IMG/VR virus record: IMGVR_UViG_3300033463_000024
Reading direction: 5' to 3' (one strand)
Source of the DNA: a virus
Lineage: Duplodnaviria > Heunggongvirae > Uroviricota > Caudoviricetes
Length of the DNA stretch: 64,000 bases
Shown here: in pieces, positions 1 to 9,359 of the stretch
Position numbering within the stretch: the stretch's first letter is position 1
Layout: every line of letters begins with the position of its first letter
Made by a program: the position numbers and the translations under genes
Notes under the pieces: generated by a model
What the model was told of the DNA's origin: nothing
Seen by the model: only the letters and a program-made list of their open reading frames with translations
Database searches by the model: none

Positions 1-93
1 GATACGGGAAGTCAATGTCTTCTTGGCGTTGAGATAGTTATCGAAAATTTCGGTTCCGAGTTCAAGATTGGTTTTGGTAGCTTTTTTGCTCAT
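1..93 (-). CDS. hypothetical protein, N-terminal fragment (gene runs off the window start); MSKKATKTNLELGTEIFDNY...
   Basis: ATG at 93 on the minus strand, 5 nt downstream of a conserved promoter box (98-110); frame open to position 1. Confidence 0.4.
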   Translation of the reverse strand, partial: MSKKATKTNLELGTEIFDNYLNAKKTLTSRI

Positions 94-97
94 GATC

Positions 98-130
98 AAA
101 ATGTAGCAAATGATTAGGCAATCGGCAACC
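98..130 (-). promoter_or_regulatory. conserved phage promoter (minus orientation): AAATGTAGCAAA ... N13 ... GGCAAC
   Basis: matches the repeated GTTGCC-N13-TTTGCTACATTT consensus read on the minus strand; start codon 5 nt downstream. Confidence 0.6.
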
Positions 131-132
131 GG

Positions 133-163
133 TTGTCAAATACCACATCAATTGCTACATTTA
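133..163 (+). promoter_or_regulatory. conserved phage promoter (plus orientation): GTTGTC-N14-TTGCTACATTTA, back-to-back with the minus copy
   Basis: motif copy 21 nt upstream of ATG 185; an AGGAG SD lies in between. Confidence 0.55.
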
Positions 164-184
164 TCCCAAACATAGGAGATTTCC

Positions 185-577
185 ATGTACAACTACCTGA
201 AAGGCGGTGAGCAGTACAGGTACGCAACCTGCCCCATCATCGTCACAATCCCGGAAGGTGACCCCCACTACGTGGACCACTGTACCGATTACAAATACAT
301 TTCCCAGACCAAGATTAACCTATCGAAGAAGCTGTACGAACTGTTCGGCATTCATCTCGACTGGCACACTTTTATGCAAAGGGTCAAAGGCCAAACATGC
401 TGGGCCAGTTCGGAAGTACAGTTCTGGATGCCCGGTGAGGATATCAGCGCATTTGATGCCACGCATACACTTGCCTTCCGTCGTCCGTTCAGCAAATATC
501 TGCAGAAACGCCCGAAGATCGAGCTTTTCCAAGACGAATTAGGCATCCACTGGCTAAAAATAAATGGCGACATCTAA
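185..577 (+). CDS. hypothetical protein (130 aa)
   Basis: ORF with an AGGAG SD and an upstream conserved promoter. Confidence 0.55.
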   Translation: MYNYLKGGEQYRYATCPIIVTIPEGDPHYVDHCTDYKYISQTKINLSKKLYELFGIHLDWHTFMQRVKGQTCWASSEVQFWMPGEDISAFDATHTLAFRRPFSKYLQKRPKIELFQDELGIHWLKINGDI

Positions 578-587
578 GGAGAATACT

Positions 588-1241
588 ATGCTCGCATCAA
601 TCAACACCAATCTCAGCGTATACATCGAGCCCAACGAGCTCACCTGGCAAATCATCCGCGAAAATGACAAGAAGTATTATAGTCCCAAGGAACTCGACGA
701 GCACATTGCCAAAAAGAAGAAACATATGACCACGGTAAATGTCCGGGGAGAGAACAAGAAGCTACTGAAGATGCAGATTTGGGGGTTCATGACGGAATTC
801 GGCGCACACATGCACATGGGCATGCCAGGCCCCTGCTTCAAGAACAACCAGGTATTCTTCGAGACCGACGAACTCTGTCCCATCTACGACGTGGCACCCA
901 AGGTACCGGAACCGGTTACCTATTCAGTCATCAAGGGAAGTGACGTTGTCATCGAGACCGATTTCAAGGATGGCGAAACGGTTCGGGTTAACTTCGAGAA
1001 CCTGGAAGAGGAAGGGCTCGACCTGCAACAGGAATTGAATAGACTAGAAGAAGGACCCCATGACGTGTTCGCCTACTGGGGAATCCCCGGCGAACCGTTG
1101 ACACCATGGCATGACCAGATCGTAGACGGTGAGCAGGACTACATCATACACGAAGGAAAGAACAAGATTATCATTCACAACCAGTATGATGGGGTACTCA
1201 AATGCAAGCTCAGTTTCGCACCATACAAAAAGAAGGACTAA
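588..1241 (+). CDS. hypothetical protein (217 aa; start moved to the SD-supported ATG)
   Basis: AAGGAG 8 nt upstream of ATG 588; the longer ORF begins at 564. Confidence 0.5.
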   Translation: MLASINTNLSVYIEPNELTWQIIRENDKKYYSPKELDEHIAKKKKHMTTVNVRGENKKLLKMQIWGFMTEFGAHMHMGMPGPCFKNNQVFFETDELCPIYDVAPKVPEPVTYSVIKGSDVVIETDFKDGETVRVNFENLEEEGLDLQQELNRLEEGPHDVFAYWGIPGEPLTPWHDQIVDGEQDYIIHEGKNKIIIHNQYDGVLKCKLSFAPYKKKD

Positions 1242-1242
1242 A

Positions 1243-2001
1243 CTAGTCCTTCCAGAAACAATACAAGCAGCCGTGCGGGCATCTGCGTGGCTTCGTCCCG
1301 AGAATCTGTTTCTTGGCGAGGCACATGCAGTCCCCACGCTGCTTTTTGTCTGGAGCCCCATATTCCTTCTGCGTTTCCCTGTCAAATCCGAGCAGTTCCA
1401 GGTCATAATAGCTTGCACACCCGTAGTGCAGGAAGTTATAGGGGAACAGTTTCGGCTCGGCACAGCACTCTAAGCGGAAATACTGGTAGAACCGGCAGAA
1501 AATCGTGTCAATGCGCCTGAATACGGCATCGGGAGCCGTAAACGAGTCATAGAAGACCTTGTAGCCAGCCGCTGCAAGGCGTTCTTTTACGTGGGGATAC
1601 AGGTCCACCACGGACACCCTGCACCTGATTTGGTTACGGCATTCCTCGACCACAGGCTTCCACAGTTCCAGTACCTTGATGATGTTGTCCTGTGTTTCCT
1701 TGGACCACAGGATAATCGGATCGAGCCGGAGGACATAGTGGGTCAACGGGAAACCTCTGGACAGCAGCTTTCTAAACTGTGCAAATTCATGGTCCGGGGT
1801 CTGGACATTGGGTTCGAGGACAGTACCGCCCTGCCCGGTGACGGTATGGTGGAAAATTACACGGTCCTGGACAATAAGGAGTTTCTCAATCATCTCGTCG
1901 TTGAGTTCCTTGGAGATGACGATGTTGGCTTCCAGTAGCTTCGTTTCCCAGTCAGGGACGAAGCACGGGTCATATGTTTCAGTTATGCCTATTTTCTTCA
2001 T
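1243..2001 (-). CDS. hypothetical protein with a C-terminal CX3CX2C cysteine cluster (CPHGCLYC); DUF1848/radical-SAM-like Fe-S motif?
   Basis: 252-aa ORF; the C-terminal Cys cluster is read directly from the translation. Confidence 0.55.
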   Translation of the reverse strand: MKKIGITETYDPCFVPDWETKLLEANIVISKELNDEMIEKLLIVQDRVIFHHTVTGQGGTVLEPNVQTPDHEFAQFRKLLSRGFPLTHYVLRLDPIILWSKETQDNIIKVLELWKPVVEECRNQIRCRVSVVDLYPHVKERLAAAGYKVFYDSFTAPDAVFRRIDTIFCRFYQYFRLECCAEPKLFPYNFLHYGCASYYDLELLGFDRETQKEYGAPDKKQRGDCMCLAKKQILGTKPRRCPHGCLYCFWKD

Positions 2002-2007
2002 ATTCTA

Positions 2008-2739
2008 TCACCAGTTGTGTTCATTTTCTGCACGAAGTATGCTGCCATATTCACTATCGTTCAGCAAGCGGTAATACACTTCCCGTGCCGAAAGTATCGC
2101 CGCGCGTTCCTTGAGGAACCTTTCCTCTTCGGCATCCTTGGCTTCTTTTTCTAATTTCTTTGTACTGAACATCAGATGCTTGTCCGGGTCAAACGAGCAT
2201 TCCCAAGGTCTCTTCGTATTCTTAGTGAACTCGTTAGCAAATAGGTCATTTGTTTTTTTCAGCCAGAAATCAAATGCAATTTTAAGTTCGTCGTCAGTCA
2301 AGATATGCACCGCGCCGCTGTAAATCTCGTGCTCGGTCGGCTTGTATGTTCCATCCAAATAAGACACCCGCAAAGTCATAGTATGCCGGTCAGTCAATCT
2401 GGCTGCGTGATCATCATTTACCATCTGGCGACAATACAGATGCACATTATACTTATCCGCATAATCTATGCAAAGCGGGAAATATACGTTAACGTAATCA
2501 TATCCAGGCGGCTCACCAAATGGATTATGATGTTTGATGACTTTAGGACCAAATGAAAACGCTTTTCCTACGAGTTTCTTACAAAAGCTAATGGCTTCCG
2601 CGTTTTCATCCTTCCAAGCCTTTTCCTTGGCTTCGTGCTCCAGTTTTGAATCTTCCTCAAATAACTTGCTGCGTCGCTGTTCAAGTGCCTCTATCTGCTT
2701 ATTGATACGCATGATTTCGGCATGGTTCTTTGACTTCAT
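2008..2739 (-). CDS. hypothetical protein (243 aa)
   Basis: long ORF, protein-like composition, tightly packed with its neighbours. Confidence 0.55.
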   Translation of the reverse strand: MKSKNHAEIMRINKQIEALEQRRSKLFEEDSKLEHEAKEKAWKDENAEAISFCKKLVGKAFSFGPKVIKHHNPFGEPPGYDYVNVYFPLCIDYADKYNVHLYCRQMVNDDHAARLTDRHTMTLRVSYLDGTYKPTEHEIYSGAVHILTDDELKIAFDFWLKKTNDLFANEFTKNTKRPWECSFDPDKHLMFSTKKLEKEAKDAEEERFLKERAAILSAREVYYRLLNDSEYGSILRAENEHNW

Positions 2740-2747
2740 AATACCTC

Positions 2748-3344
2748 CTAATCAAAATTCTCCGTTACACCATCTCGGTCATGCCTACGGCGTTTCAGCT
2801 TCAAGTCAAGTGTATTTGTCAGCCAGATGTCCCACCCAGATTTTGGGAATCCATTCATTTCAGCAAATCGCACATGAATCAGGTCACCTTCAAAGTTCCA
2901 GGTGAAGTCCCAATCACGATACATCTGTCCCAATCGAGCATTCACATAATCATTGCTACACGGAACCTTCTTGTTGATGCACTGGTCGATGAAATAATAC
3001 TGGTCATTTATCGACTGCAATTCCTTGTTTTTCTGTTCTGCCTTTTCCAACTGGCTTCGCATGAACTGGCAGGTTGATGAGTATTCATTAATTTTCTCAC
3101 GCAGTTTGATCATTTCAGCCGTATTCTTAGTTTCAATATTGGGAATGTCCGCAACATGTTCAGCTTTCAGTTCCTTGTCAAGAATCCTGACCGACCACAC
3201 CGGCTTGCTATCAGTAAAGAATACCCCATATACTTCACCTACGCTTGGCGTGGCATCCGAGGTGTTCCACACAACCATGGAACGAGTCTTTCCGTTCCAC
3301 CGGTCAGCAGTTACTTCATACAGTTCAACCCCATTGAAACGCAT
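2748..3344 (-). CDS. hypothetical protein (198 aa)
   Basis: ORF in the minus-strand gene block. Confidence 0.5.
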   Translation of the reverse strand: MRFNGVELYEVTADRWNGKTRSMVVWNTSDATPSVGEVYGVFFTDSKPVWSVRILDKELKAEHVADIPNIETKNTAEMIKLREKINEYSSTCQFMRSQLEKAEQKNKELQSINDQYYFIDQCINKKVPCSNDYVNARLGQMYRDWDFTWNFEGDLIHVRFAEMNGFPKSGWDIWLTNTLDLKLKRRRHDRDGVTENFD

Positions 3345-3569
3345 TTATTCCTCCTGATGACAAGTAAGGACAATCTTCTTGCCCGTATTCCGGTTAGTCC
3401 AGGTAATCTCATACGCTTTATCACCCGGTTTAATCTTGCCGAGCATGTATTCAGCAACTGAACGAAGCGCCTCATCTGTTACATCGTTTTTGCACTTCCA
3501 ATCGCCCGGGTTCTTGATGGTACCGGCATAAATTGCAGCCATACCGCATCCTACATGATATTCAGCCAT
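3345..3569 (-). CDS. hypothetical small protein (74 aa)
   Basis: GAGGAG SD before ATG 3569; the listed ORF start at 3581 is a GTG. Confidence 0.5.
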   Translation of the reverse strand: MAEYHVGCGMAAIYAGTIKNPGDWKCKNDVTDEALRSVAEYMLGKIKPGDKAYEITWTNRNTGKKIVLTCHQEE

Positions 3570-3570
3570 A

Positions 3571-3846
3571 TTACTCCTCACTTAAACCATCAGCCTGCCA
3601 CAACAGAGTATCAAGTACCACAGTTCCACCGCCTATTCCGCTATCATCTTCATTGTCCGATGCGAGTAAATACAACCCACCATCCTGCTTATAGACCTGG
3701 AATATGCCGCTCCACCCTTTCGGATAATCAGCAAACATTGGTGCATCATCAGGTAACTTAGACTTACGAATAATCTGTTTAAACTTACCAATGGTAAGAG
3801 TCTTTAAGTCAATCTGCCTCTGTGTCAAGGATTTGCCATTTTTCAT
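3571..3846 (-). CDS. hypothetical protein (91 aa)
   Basis: ORF with contiguous packing. Confidence 0.45.
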   Translation of the reverse strand: MKNGKSLTQRQIDLKTLTIGKFKQIIRKSKLPDDAPMFADYPKGWSGIFQVYKQDGGLYLLASDNEDDSGIGGGTVVLDTLLWQADGLSEE

Positions 3847-4118
3847 GTTTCGTTTTCCTTCTTGCGTTCATTCTCGATCACACGTTCCAACGCGGCAACC
3901 AGTTCATTTACGGTGGTACATTCACTGAATGTGCCGTCAGTGATGAAACAGTCGAAGTCGGTTGCCGCATCGCATTCCATCAGCATCCCGTCCACGACAT
4001 CGAACATGGTGCAGTCGGCCAGGCATGTTGAGTTTTCAAGGCACTGGCGGGTGACCTGGAAGCGATCTTCCAACCAGTTAAGTACCCATTCTTTCGGGTC
4101 CGTTATGATTTCGTGCAT
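3843..4118 (-). CDS. hypothetical acidic Cys-rich protein (91 aa)
   Basis: ORF; 4-nt overlap with the downstream gene. Confidence 0.45.
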   Translation of the reverse strand: MHEIITDPKEWVLNWLEDRFQVTRQCLENSTCLADCTMFDVVDGMLMECDAATDFDCFITDGTFSECTTVNELVAALERVIENERKKENET

Positions 4119-4121
4119 AGT

Positions 4122-4457
4122 CTATCCCTTCATCCATTCATTGACTTTGTCAATCGGGAAACCAGCCCTTACCAGGTAGTCATGAAGGATATACCCATAA
4201 TATGCCGAATAATTGGGCGGCCATGAAGCTATCTCTTCCTTAACCCATACGTCCATCGGCATGATTTCCATATAGTCCACATGCAAAACAGCGTGACAGT
4301 TCATCTCAACAAGAAAATGGTACAATGGCGCATAGCTCGCCGACACTCCGTCGAAAAACTCAGCGAATGACGATTCATGCATAAACTTGCGAACCTCGTC
4401 CTTCACTTCCTCGGAAACGCCTTCCCTAAATTTTACATTCATGTTATCGTCCTTCAA
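4122..4457 (-). CDS. hypothetical protein (111 aa)
   Basis: ORF. Confidence 0.45.
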   Translation of the reverse strand: MKDDNMNVKFREGVSEEVKDEVRKFMHESSFAEFFDGVSASYAPLYHFLVEMNCHAVLHVDYMEIMPMDVWVKEEIASWPPNYSAYYGYILHDYLVRAGFPIDKVNEWMKG

Positions 4458-4674
4458 TAATCTGTTTTACATGGGGGTCGATACAGCAATCGACTTCAAA
4501 CAATGAAGCTACGTTGAGCCGGTGATACTTTTCGAGTGTCACCCCGTTATACCGGCATCCTTCCTCACCATTTCTATTTTCAGAAAACTCGTCACTATCC
4601 CACCCGAAGATACCACAGAATGAGCAGTTCTCTGAATAGTCGAATTCAAGGTATGGACAACATCTGCAGCGCAT
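4444..4674 (-). CDS. hypothetical Cys-rich small protein (76 aa)
   Basis: ORF; multiple CxxC-like pairs. Confidence 0.4.
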   Translation of the reverse strand: MRCRCCPYLEFDYSENCSFCGIFGWDSDEFSENRNGEEGCRYNGVTLEKYHRLNVASLFEVDCCIDPHVKQIIEGR

Positions 4675-4829
4675 ATTATTATTCTTCTTCTGGAATGAAT
4701 CCTATTGGGATTGATTCAACCGGTTCCCAATACCACAGAATAAACATATTGGGCGTCACCGCCGATATAGACTGGATGTCATCCCGGTCAATGTCATTCT
4801 CATTGACAAAATCAGTCAGATGTCCCGCA

Positions 4830-5096
4830 TCACTGAACGTTCTTCTTATCAGCACTGATAGCCTCCTTTAATTCTTTCTCAATTTTCCGCTCAATATCAT
4901 CCTGCCAAGGGTCCATTATGGACATATTGTCCGGCCATATTATTTTCCAGCTTTTCCATTTAAATAGGCCAACATCCCTAACGTCCGGCGCAAGCTTGAA
5001 TCCGGATACCTTGATGATATAATCAAAAACGACGGTAAAATCTGTAATTCCCTCGGCAATCTTGTCAATGGTAATCGAAGTAGGACTGAACGCCAT
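4830..5096 (-). CDS. hypothetical protein (88 aa)
   Basis: ORF. Confidence 0.45.
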   Translation of the reverse strand: MAFSPTSITIDKIAEGITDFTVVFDYIIKVSGFKLAPDVRDVGLFKWKSWKIIWPDNMSIMDPWQDDIERKIEKELKEAISADKKNVQ

Positions 5097-5446
5097 CAGA
5101 TTTCCCCCTTCAAATACTTGATTGCAAGGTCCACTATGTCCCTAGATTTACACGTAAGCGCAACAAGCTCACCTGGCTTGTACTTCTTTTCAAGGGCGCT
5201 TATAGCCTCGTTCTCTTCCTTGCAGAAGTCGTCAAGGAGTTCACGTGCCATGTCATAACGTCCCTGGACATTTTCCAATAAATCGGACAGTTTTCTGTCA
5301 CCATACTTGTTGAGTAGTTTCTGGATGGCGATGATATCATTGAACTTGTCCTCGACTATTTCGATATACGCTTGCCTGTCATTTCGGTAGCTTTCCTGGA
5401 ACAATTTAGACTCGGTATTGTCCTCGCGTTCTTGCGTTTCGCTCAT
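5096..5446 (-). CDS. hypothetical protein (116 aa)
   Basis: ORF with a stop/start overlap. Confidence 0.5.
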   Translation of the reverse strand: MSETQEREDNTESKLFQESYRNDRQAYIEIVEDKFNDIIAIQKLLNKYGDRKLSDLLENVQGRYDMARELLDDFCKEENEAISALEKKYKPGELVALTCKSRDIVDLAIKYLKGEI

Positions 5447-5448
5447 TT

Positions 5449-5865
5449 CTACTCTTCCTCCAAAGTCCTCATGTCGCCCACGCTAATCTTGATAAGACGA
5501 GGAGTATTCCAATCAACGATGTCCCGATGTGCCTCGTTCCGAATGCCATTCAAGGTCGCGATACGCCAATCATACAGGACACCGGTGTCCGGATCGACAA
5601 CACAGTTTTCAATCCTGGTAAAGTAATTGGCCCTTTTGAGTTCGTCCTTCACTGTCAGCAACACCAGGGTGGCATATCGGAGAGCAAAGACGTAGTCGCG
5701 GAACATTTCGCTATCCTGCTTCGTGGCGTCGGAAGCAAAACGTTTCTGCCAGTCCAGACTGACTTCGAGTGCCGCCTGGTAATACGTGGCCACCTCAGTG
5801 TCCAACTCCCCAACACTAAGTAACACATCACGGATTTCCTTCCTGACTTGACTAATGGGTCTCAT
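5449..5865 (-). CDS. hypothetical protein (138 aa)
   Basis: ORF. Confidence 0.5.
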   Translation of the reverse strand: MRPISQVRKEIRDVLLSVGELDTEVATYYQAALEVSLDWQKRFASDATKQDSEMFRDYVFALRYATLVLLTVKDELKRANYFTRIENCVVDPDTGVLYDWRIATLNGIRNEAHRDIVDWNTPRLIKISVGDMRTLEEE

Positions 5866-6292
5866 CGATATCCCCCTTATACGGTTTCTTCTCGGTTACA
5901 AGCATCTTGGCCACCTGTGCAGTCGCGAGATCAGCAGTCGCCTCAGCAATGGCTTCCGCATCGTCAAACTTGCAGGCAGTTTTAAGCATGATCTGAGCCA
6001 TTTCGACCGGATCCATGGTCTCATTTGCTGCCCACGGAGGAAGTTCCTCTTCCTTCTTGGGCTCTGTCACTTCATCGACAGTGATGCGGTACTTCCATAT
6101 GCCTTCGTCAATAGGTTCAACAGTAGCCTTTGCATTGCTGTAAGTTTCCAGGGCAAGCTTCGCATAGCGGAATGCCCCATCGAGAGTGCTCATCCTCTTG
6201 TGGAACGGAAAACGGCTCTGCTTCTCGATATGGTCGGTCATTTCCTTGAAAGCACCAACCGTCATTTCTTGATTTGCTTGTGGATAATTCAT
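5852..6292 (-). CDS. hypothetical protein (146 aa; start moved to the ATG directly after the promoter box: MNYPQANQEM...)
   Basis: TTTGCTACATTTATACC-ATG; the longer ORF start at 6373 would contain the promoter. Confidence 0.55.
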   Translation of the reverse strand: MNYPQANQEMTVGAFKEMTDHIEKQSRFPFHKRMSTLDGAFRYAKLALETYSNAKATVEPIDEGIWKYRITVDEVTEPKKEEELPPWAANETMDPVEMAQIMLKTACKFDDAEAIAEATADLATAQVAKMLVTEKKPYKGDIDETH

Positions 6293-6295
6293 GGT

Positions 6296-6328
6296 ATAAA
6301 TGTAGCAAAACCGGTGCCCAATGGCAAC
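6296..6328 (-). promoter_or_regulatory. conserved promoter GTTGCC-N13-TTTGCTACATTTA; ATG 5 nt downstream (leaderless?)
   Basis: exact consensus copy. Confidence 0.65.
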
Positions 6329-6348
6329 AAAACCTATAAACTGTAGAC

Positions 6349-7053
6349 ATGAATTTCCTTGAATCATTATCACAGCTTGACATCCCTCGCCCCTTCATGG
6401 AAGCAAGTGCAAAGGCGTTTACCGCCATATTCGAAGCCAAGGATACCAAGATGGAGAAGGCCATCAAGGAGGCATGCAAGATTGCGGGCGTAAAGGATGA
6501 GGGTGACCTGTCTGACGGAAACCACACTTTCAATGACCTGTACAACCAGCGCTGTGTCCTGTTCGCCGCTCTGGTAAACCTGTTCCCGAAGATTTCCTGG
6601 AAGACAAAGAAGCATGACGACGGAAAGCCATGCTTCGGTGGAAAAAACTTCCTCGTCTGCATCGAAACTCCGAAAGGACCATATTCCTATCATTACCCGA
6701 TGAAGGACTGGGACCGATTCAAATGCAAGGAAATCGAGAAGGCCAAACCGTTCGATGGTCACACGGACAAGGATGTGGAAAGGCTCCTCTCGCTCATTCC
6801 GGAAAACCTGCCAAGAAGTATCCTTGGCGAAATCTGGAACCGAAGGGGCGACAAGTCCATGTCCAATTATCAAAAACCGGCCCCATTGGTGGAGTCGGTG
6901 AAATACGTGAAAGGCCACAAGAATTCCAAGGGCGAAGAGGCCCCGTGGGCCATCGTTTCCCATGAGACCGGCAAGATCCTGTCATCCCACAAGTCGGAAT
7001 CCGAGGCCAAGAAGCACCTTCAGCAGATGGAATACTACAAGCACAAAGGCTAG
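6349..7053 (+). CDS. hypothetical Lys-rich protein (234 aa), plus-strand gene embedded in a minus-strand block
   Basis: long ORF with protein-like composition, whereas the overlapping minus ORFs translate to low-complexity junk; no SD found and the start is uncertain. Confidence 0.45.
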   Translation: MNFLESLSQLDIPRPFMEASAKAFTAIFEAKDTKMEKAIKEACKIAGVKDEGDLSDGNHTFNDLYNQRCVLFAALVNLFPKISWKTKKHDDGKPCFGGKNFLVCIETPKGPYSYHYPMKDWDRFKCKEIEKAKPFDGHTDKDVERLLSLIPENLPRSILGEIWNRRGDKSMSNYQKPAPLVESVKYVKGHKNSKGEEAPWAIVSHETGKILSSHKSESEAKKHLQQMEYYKHKG

Positions 7054-7331
7054 AGCAGGTCCAGCACCTTCCCGATATTTTCCTCGGAAACACCGTTCGC
7101 TTCCATGATTTCAAGGATTTCGGTCTGCCAGGTCGTCAACAGTCTGGATTCTGACTTTATGGGCCTTGCGCGGGCCACGCAGGATGCCGTAATGTTGCCC
7201 AACGCCTTCTCAATCTTGCCATGGATATCCTTCACCGCGAGTCGGGCATGAATATCATTCAATGGCCCTTTTACGGATTGGACATAGTTCTCCAGATTGA
7301 GCTGGATGCTGTCCTTCATTTCCTCACGCAT
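7050..7331 (-). CDS. hypothetical protein (93 aa)
   Basis: GGGAG SD before ATG 7331; 8-nt overlap with the upstream gene. Confidence 0.5.
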   Translation of the reverse strand: MREEMKDSIQLNLENYVQSVKGPLNDIHARLAVKDIHGKIEKALGNITASCVARARPIKSESRLLTTWQTEILEIMEANGVSEENIGKVLDLL

Positions 7332-8067
7332 TCTTACTCCCGTACAAGACATTGTACATTTCGTATTCGGCTTCCGGATGTTCCTCGGGGAACGGCCACG
7401 TAAGCTGCTCCTTCAGCCACTGGACTTCCTGGCACTGGTTGTACATGAAGTCCACATATTTCCCACTCTTGGTTTCTGCGCGGAACACCTTCATCTTGGC
7501 ATCGTTTACCCCGATATAGTAGAATTTCACCTGCTCCGGCCCATTCATGAGCCACGGGAACCTCATGAGGATATAGGACCTGATTTTGTCAAGGTCATCG
7601 TTAAAATCAGGTTTCTTGGGAAGGTCTCTGGGTGTCTTAAACACAGGCAGGTCAGGCTGTTCATTCGTCTTCACATCAGTAATCTTGAAGATACCCATCT
7701 TCATGAAGGAATCCGGCTCGCAACGCTTGCACAGGTCCCTGGCTTCATTAAGCTGCTTGTTGAATTCATCCATGACCTTTGTGAGGTTTCCGGCATCAAG
7801 CTTGGCACCCTGCGACTTCGCAGCATTGCACTGGACATCGATTTCCTTGTTTATGGCGCTGATGAACTCGCGGTATATATGGATGAGCCATACCTGGTTG
7901 TTGAACACCTCGACCAGGTGGGCAAAGTGCTTCAGCAGGGCCTTTGGGTTATCGGACATGTGCGTCATGCGGTTCATCAGGTCCGCACGCACCTTATCGT
8001 CATATTCCTTGCATCGCATGAAAAGAATTTCATCAAGCTTCTCATCGGTCATTTCATCAACGTTCAT
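7324..8067 (-). CDS. hypothetical protein (247 aa)
   Basis: ORF; ATGA-type overlap with its neighbours. Confidence 0.55.
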   Translation of the reverse strand: MNVDEMTDEKLDEILFMRCKEYDDKVRADLMNRMTHMSDNPKALLKHFAHLVEVFNNQVWLIHIYREFISAINKEIDVQCNAAKSQGAKLDAGNLTKVMDEFNKQLNEARDLCKRCEPDSFMKMGIFKITDVKTNEQPDLPVFKTPRDLPKKPDFNDDLDKIRSYILMRFPWLMNGPEQVKFYYIGVNDAKMKVFRAETKSGKYVDFMYNQCQEVQWLKEQLTWPFPEEHPEAEYEMYNVLYGSKNA

Positions 8068-9044
8068 TTCATCAACTCCTGTATTGAAGCGAACCGCTCG
8101 GCAAAGTACGCAGCCAAAATTGCACCAAAGATCTCATTTTCGAATACTGAGCCCGACTGGTATCCGAAGTCGCTGACATGTGCATGATACTTATCATTGA
8201 ACACGCTTTCGCAGTTATTGTACACGGCCACCTTTCGTTTCTTGTCGGGATAATACGAGATGAATACCCGGTTGACCATGTACGATTCCTCCCGGATGAC
8301 ATATTCCACGTATGTATGGTCACCACACAATTTGTGAATTGACAACTTCGGCAATCCAAATGATTCCAGCTTACGCATAGCCTTTTCGCAAATTGGAAGG
8401 ATATCCCGATTGAACATGTCATCCATAGAAAGACCCTTGTTCAACTGCTTGGTTGTCGTCTTGGCAACCTTGTTGATTTCGTAATCAAGGATACGTTCCA
8501 GGGTGGCAAGGAAATCATCCTTCACCATGCAAGTCTTCTTAATCTTGGCCACATCGTTAATGCAGACATCAGTATGGCCATACCACTGCTTGGACGGAAT
8601 CGTTTCCTTGAGTTTCAGGAAGATGTGGTTAGTCATAGTGTTCGGAGCGTGATAATGATAATATCCCCACAGCGGATGTTCAAACCCGGTTTCACCAGCC
8701 TGTTCATACATATACTGCTGGTAAATCCACTCGAACATGTCAATGCCGTTGCTAATGCACCTGTCTTTCATATACTCAGACGAATGATGGTCAATGACAT
8801 CCGGGTGAATAATCGCATAGGACGCATTGGAAAACCGTTCATCGAACGAATTGCCAAGATTTGCATTCGGTTTGCTCATTTCAAAAATGAGATATCCGTT
8901 TGGAAGTTCTTTCAGGAAACTGAATTTTACCGGTATCACATGCGTAGTATATACCGTATGGCGATCTTCGGTACTGAAGAAACCACCGCCGACCTCCTTG
9001 GTCTCAATCCAATCCGTATCATAATTTTTGCTAAACGGTTCCAT
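8064..9044 (-). CDS. hypothetical protein (326 aa); carries an H-x-D...H motif (HPDVIDHH) as in 2OG-Fe(II) oxygenases, weak
   Basis: GGAGG SD before ATG 9044; TGATG overlap with the upstream gene. Confidence 0.5.
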   Translation of the reverse strand: MEPFSKNYDTDWIETKEVGGGFFSTEDRHTVYTTHVIPVKFSFLKELPNGYLIFEMSKPNANLGNSFDERFSNASYAIIHPDVIDHHSSEYMKDRCISNGIDMFEWIYQQYMYEQAGETGFEHPLWGYYHYHAPNTMTNHIFLKLKETIPSKQWYGHTDVCINDVAKIKKTCMVKDDFLATLERILDYEINKVAKTTTKQLNKGLSMDDMFNRDILPICEKAMRKLESFGLPKLSIHKLCGDHTYVEYVIREESYMVNRVFISYYPDKKRKVAVYNNCESVFNDKYHAHVSDFGYQSGSVFENEIFGAILAAYFAERFASIQELMK

Positions 9045-9349
9045 CACTTGCCCTCCATGTAGTCCTTCTCGCGCTGGAAGGATTCTTCCAGTTTCTTTTT
9101 CCAATAGTTCTCGCTACGTGACCAGAACAGCTTGCGGCCACTCATTGTAGCGCCGTCAATGTGGTTGGATATATACTCGGCAGCCAATAGCGCTTTCGAC
9201 CGGCGTGCGTAACTGATGCGCAAGCGGCACAGGTCACGGTACGCCTCGAAATATGCCTTGGCATTAAGGCTCATTTCAATATACGGGTTGCGGATCGGTC
9301 CAGACATGACCATTGTAAGGTCTTTTTGTTCGTATGCACTTTCAGACAT
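9044..9349 (-). CDS. hypothetical protein (101 aa)
   Basis: GGAGA SD before ATG 9349. Confidence 0.5.
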   Translation of the reverse strand: MSESAYEQKDLTMVMSGPIRNPYIEMSLNAKAYFEAYRDLCRLRISYARRSKALLAAEYISNHIDGATMSGRKLFWSRSENYWKKKLEESFQREKDYMEGK

Positions 9350-9359
9350 GGCATTCTCC

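Noticed and set aside
6370-6963. 197-aa minus ORF overlapping the plus-strand gene 6349..7053
   Set aside because: Its translation is junk-like (G/L/V/R-rich), whereas the plus-frame protein has natural composition.
7297-8187. 296-aa plus-strand ORF, with similar long antisense ORFs at 11474..12517, 21999..22544, 25075..25881 and 48612..49778
   Set aside because: Each lies antisense to a better minus-strand or plus-strand gene, has a low-complexity L/R/H/V-rich translation, and has no promoter box or SD. These are typical shadow ORFs.
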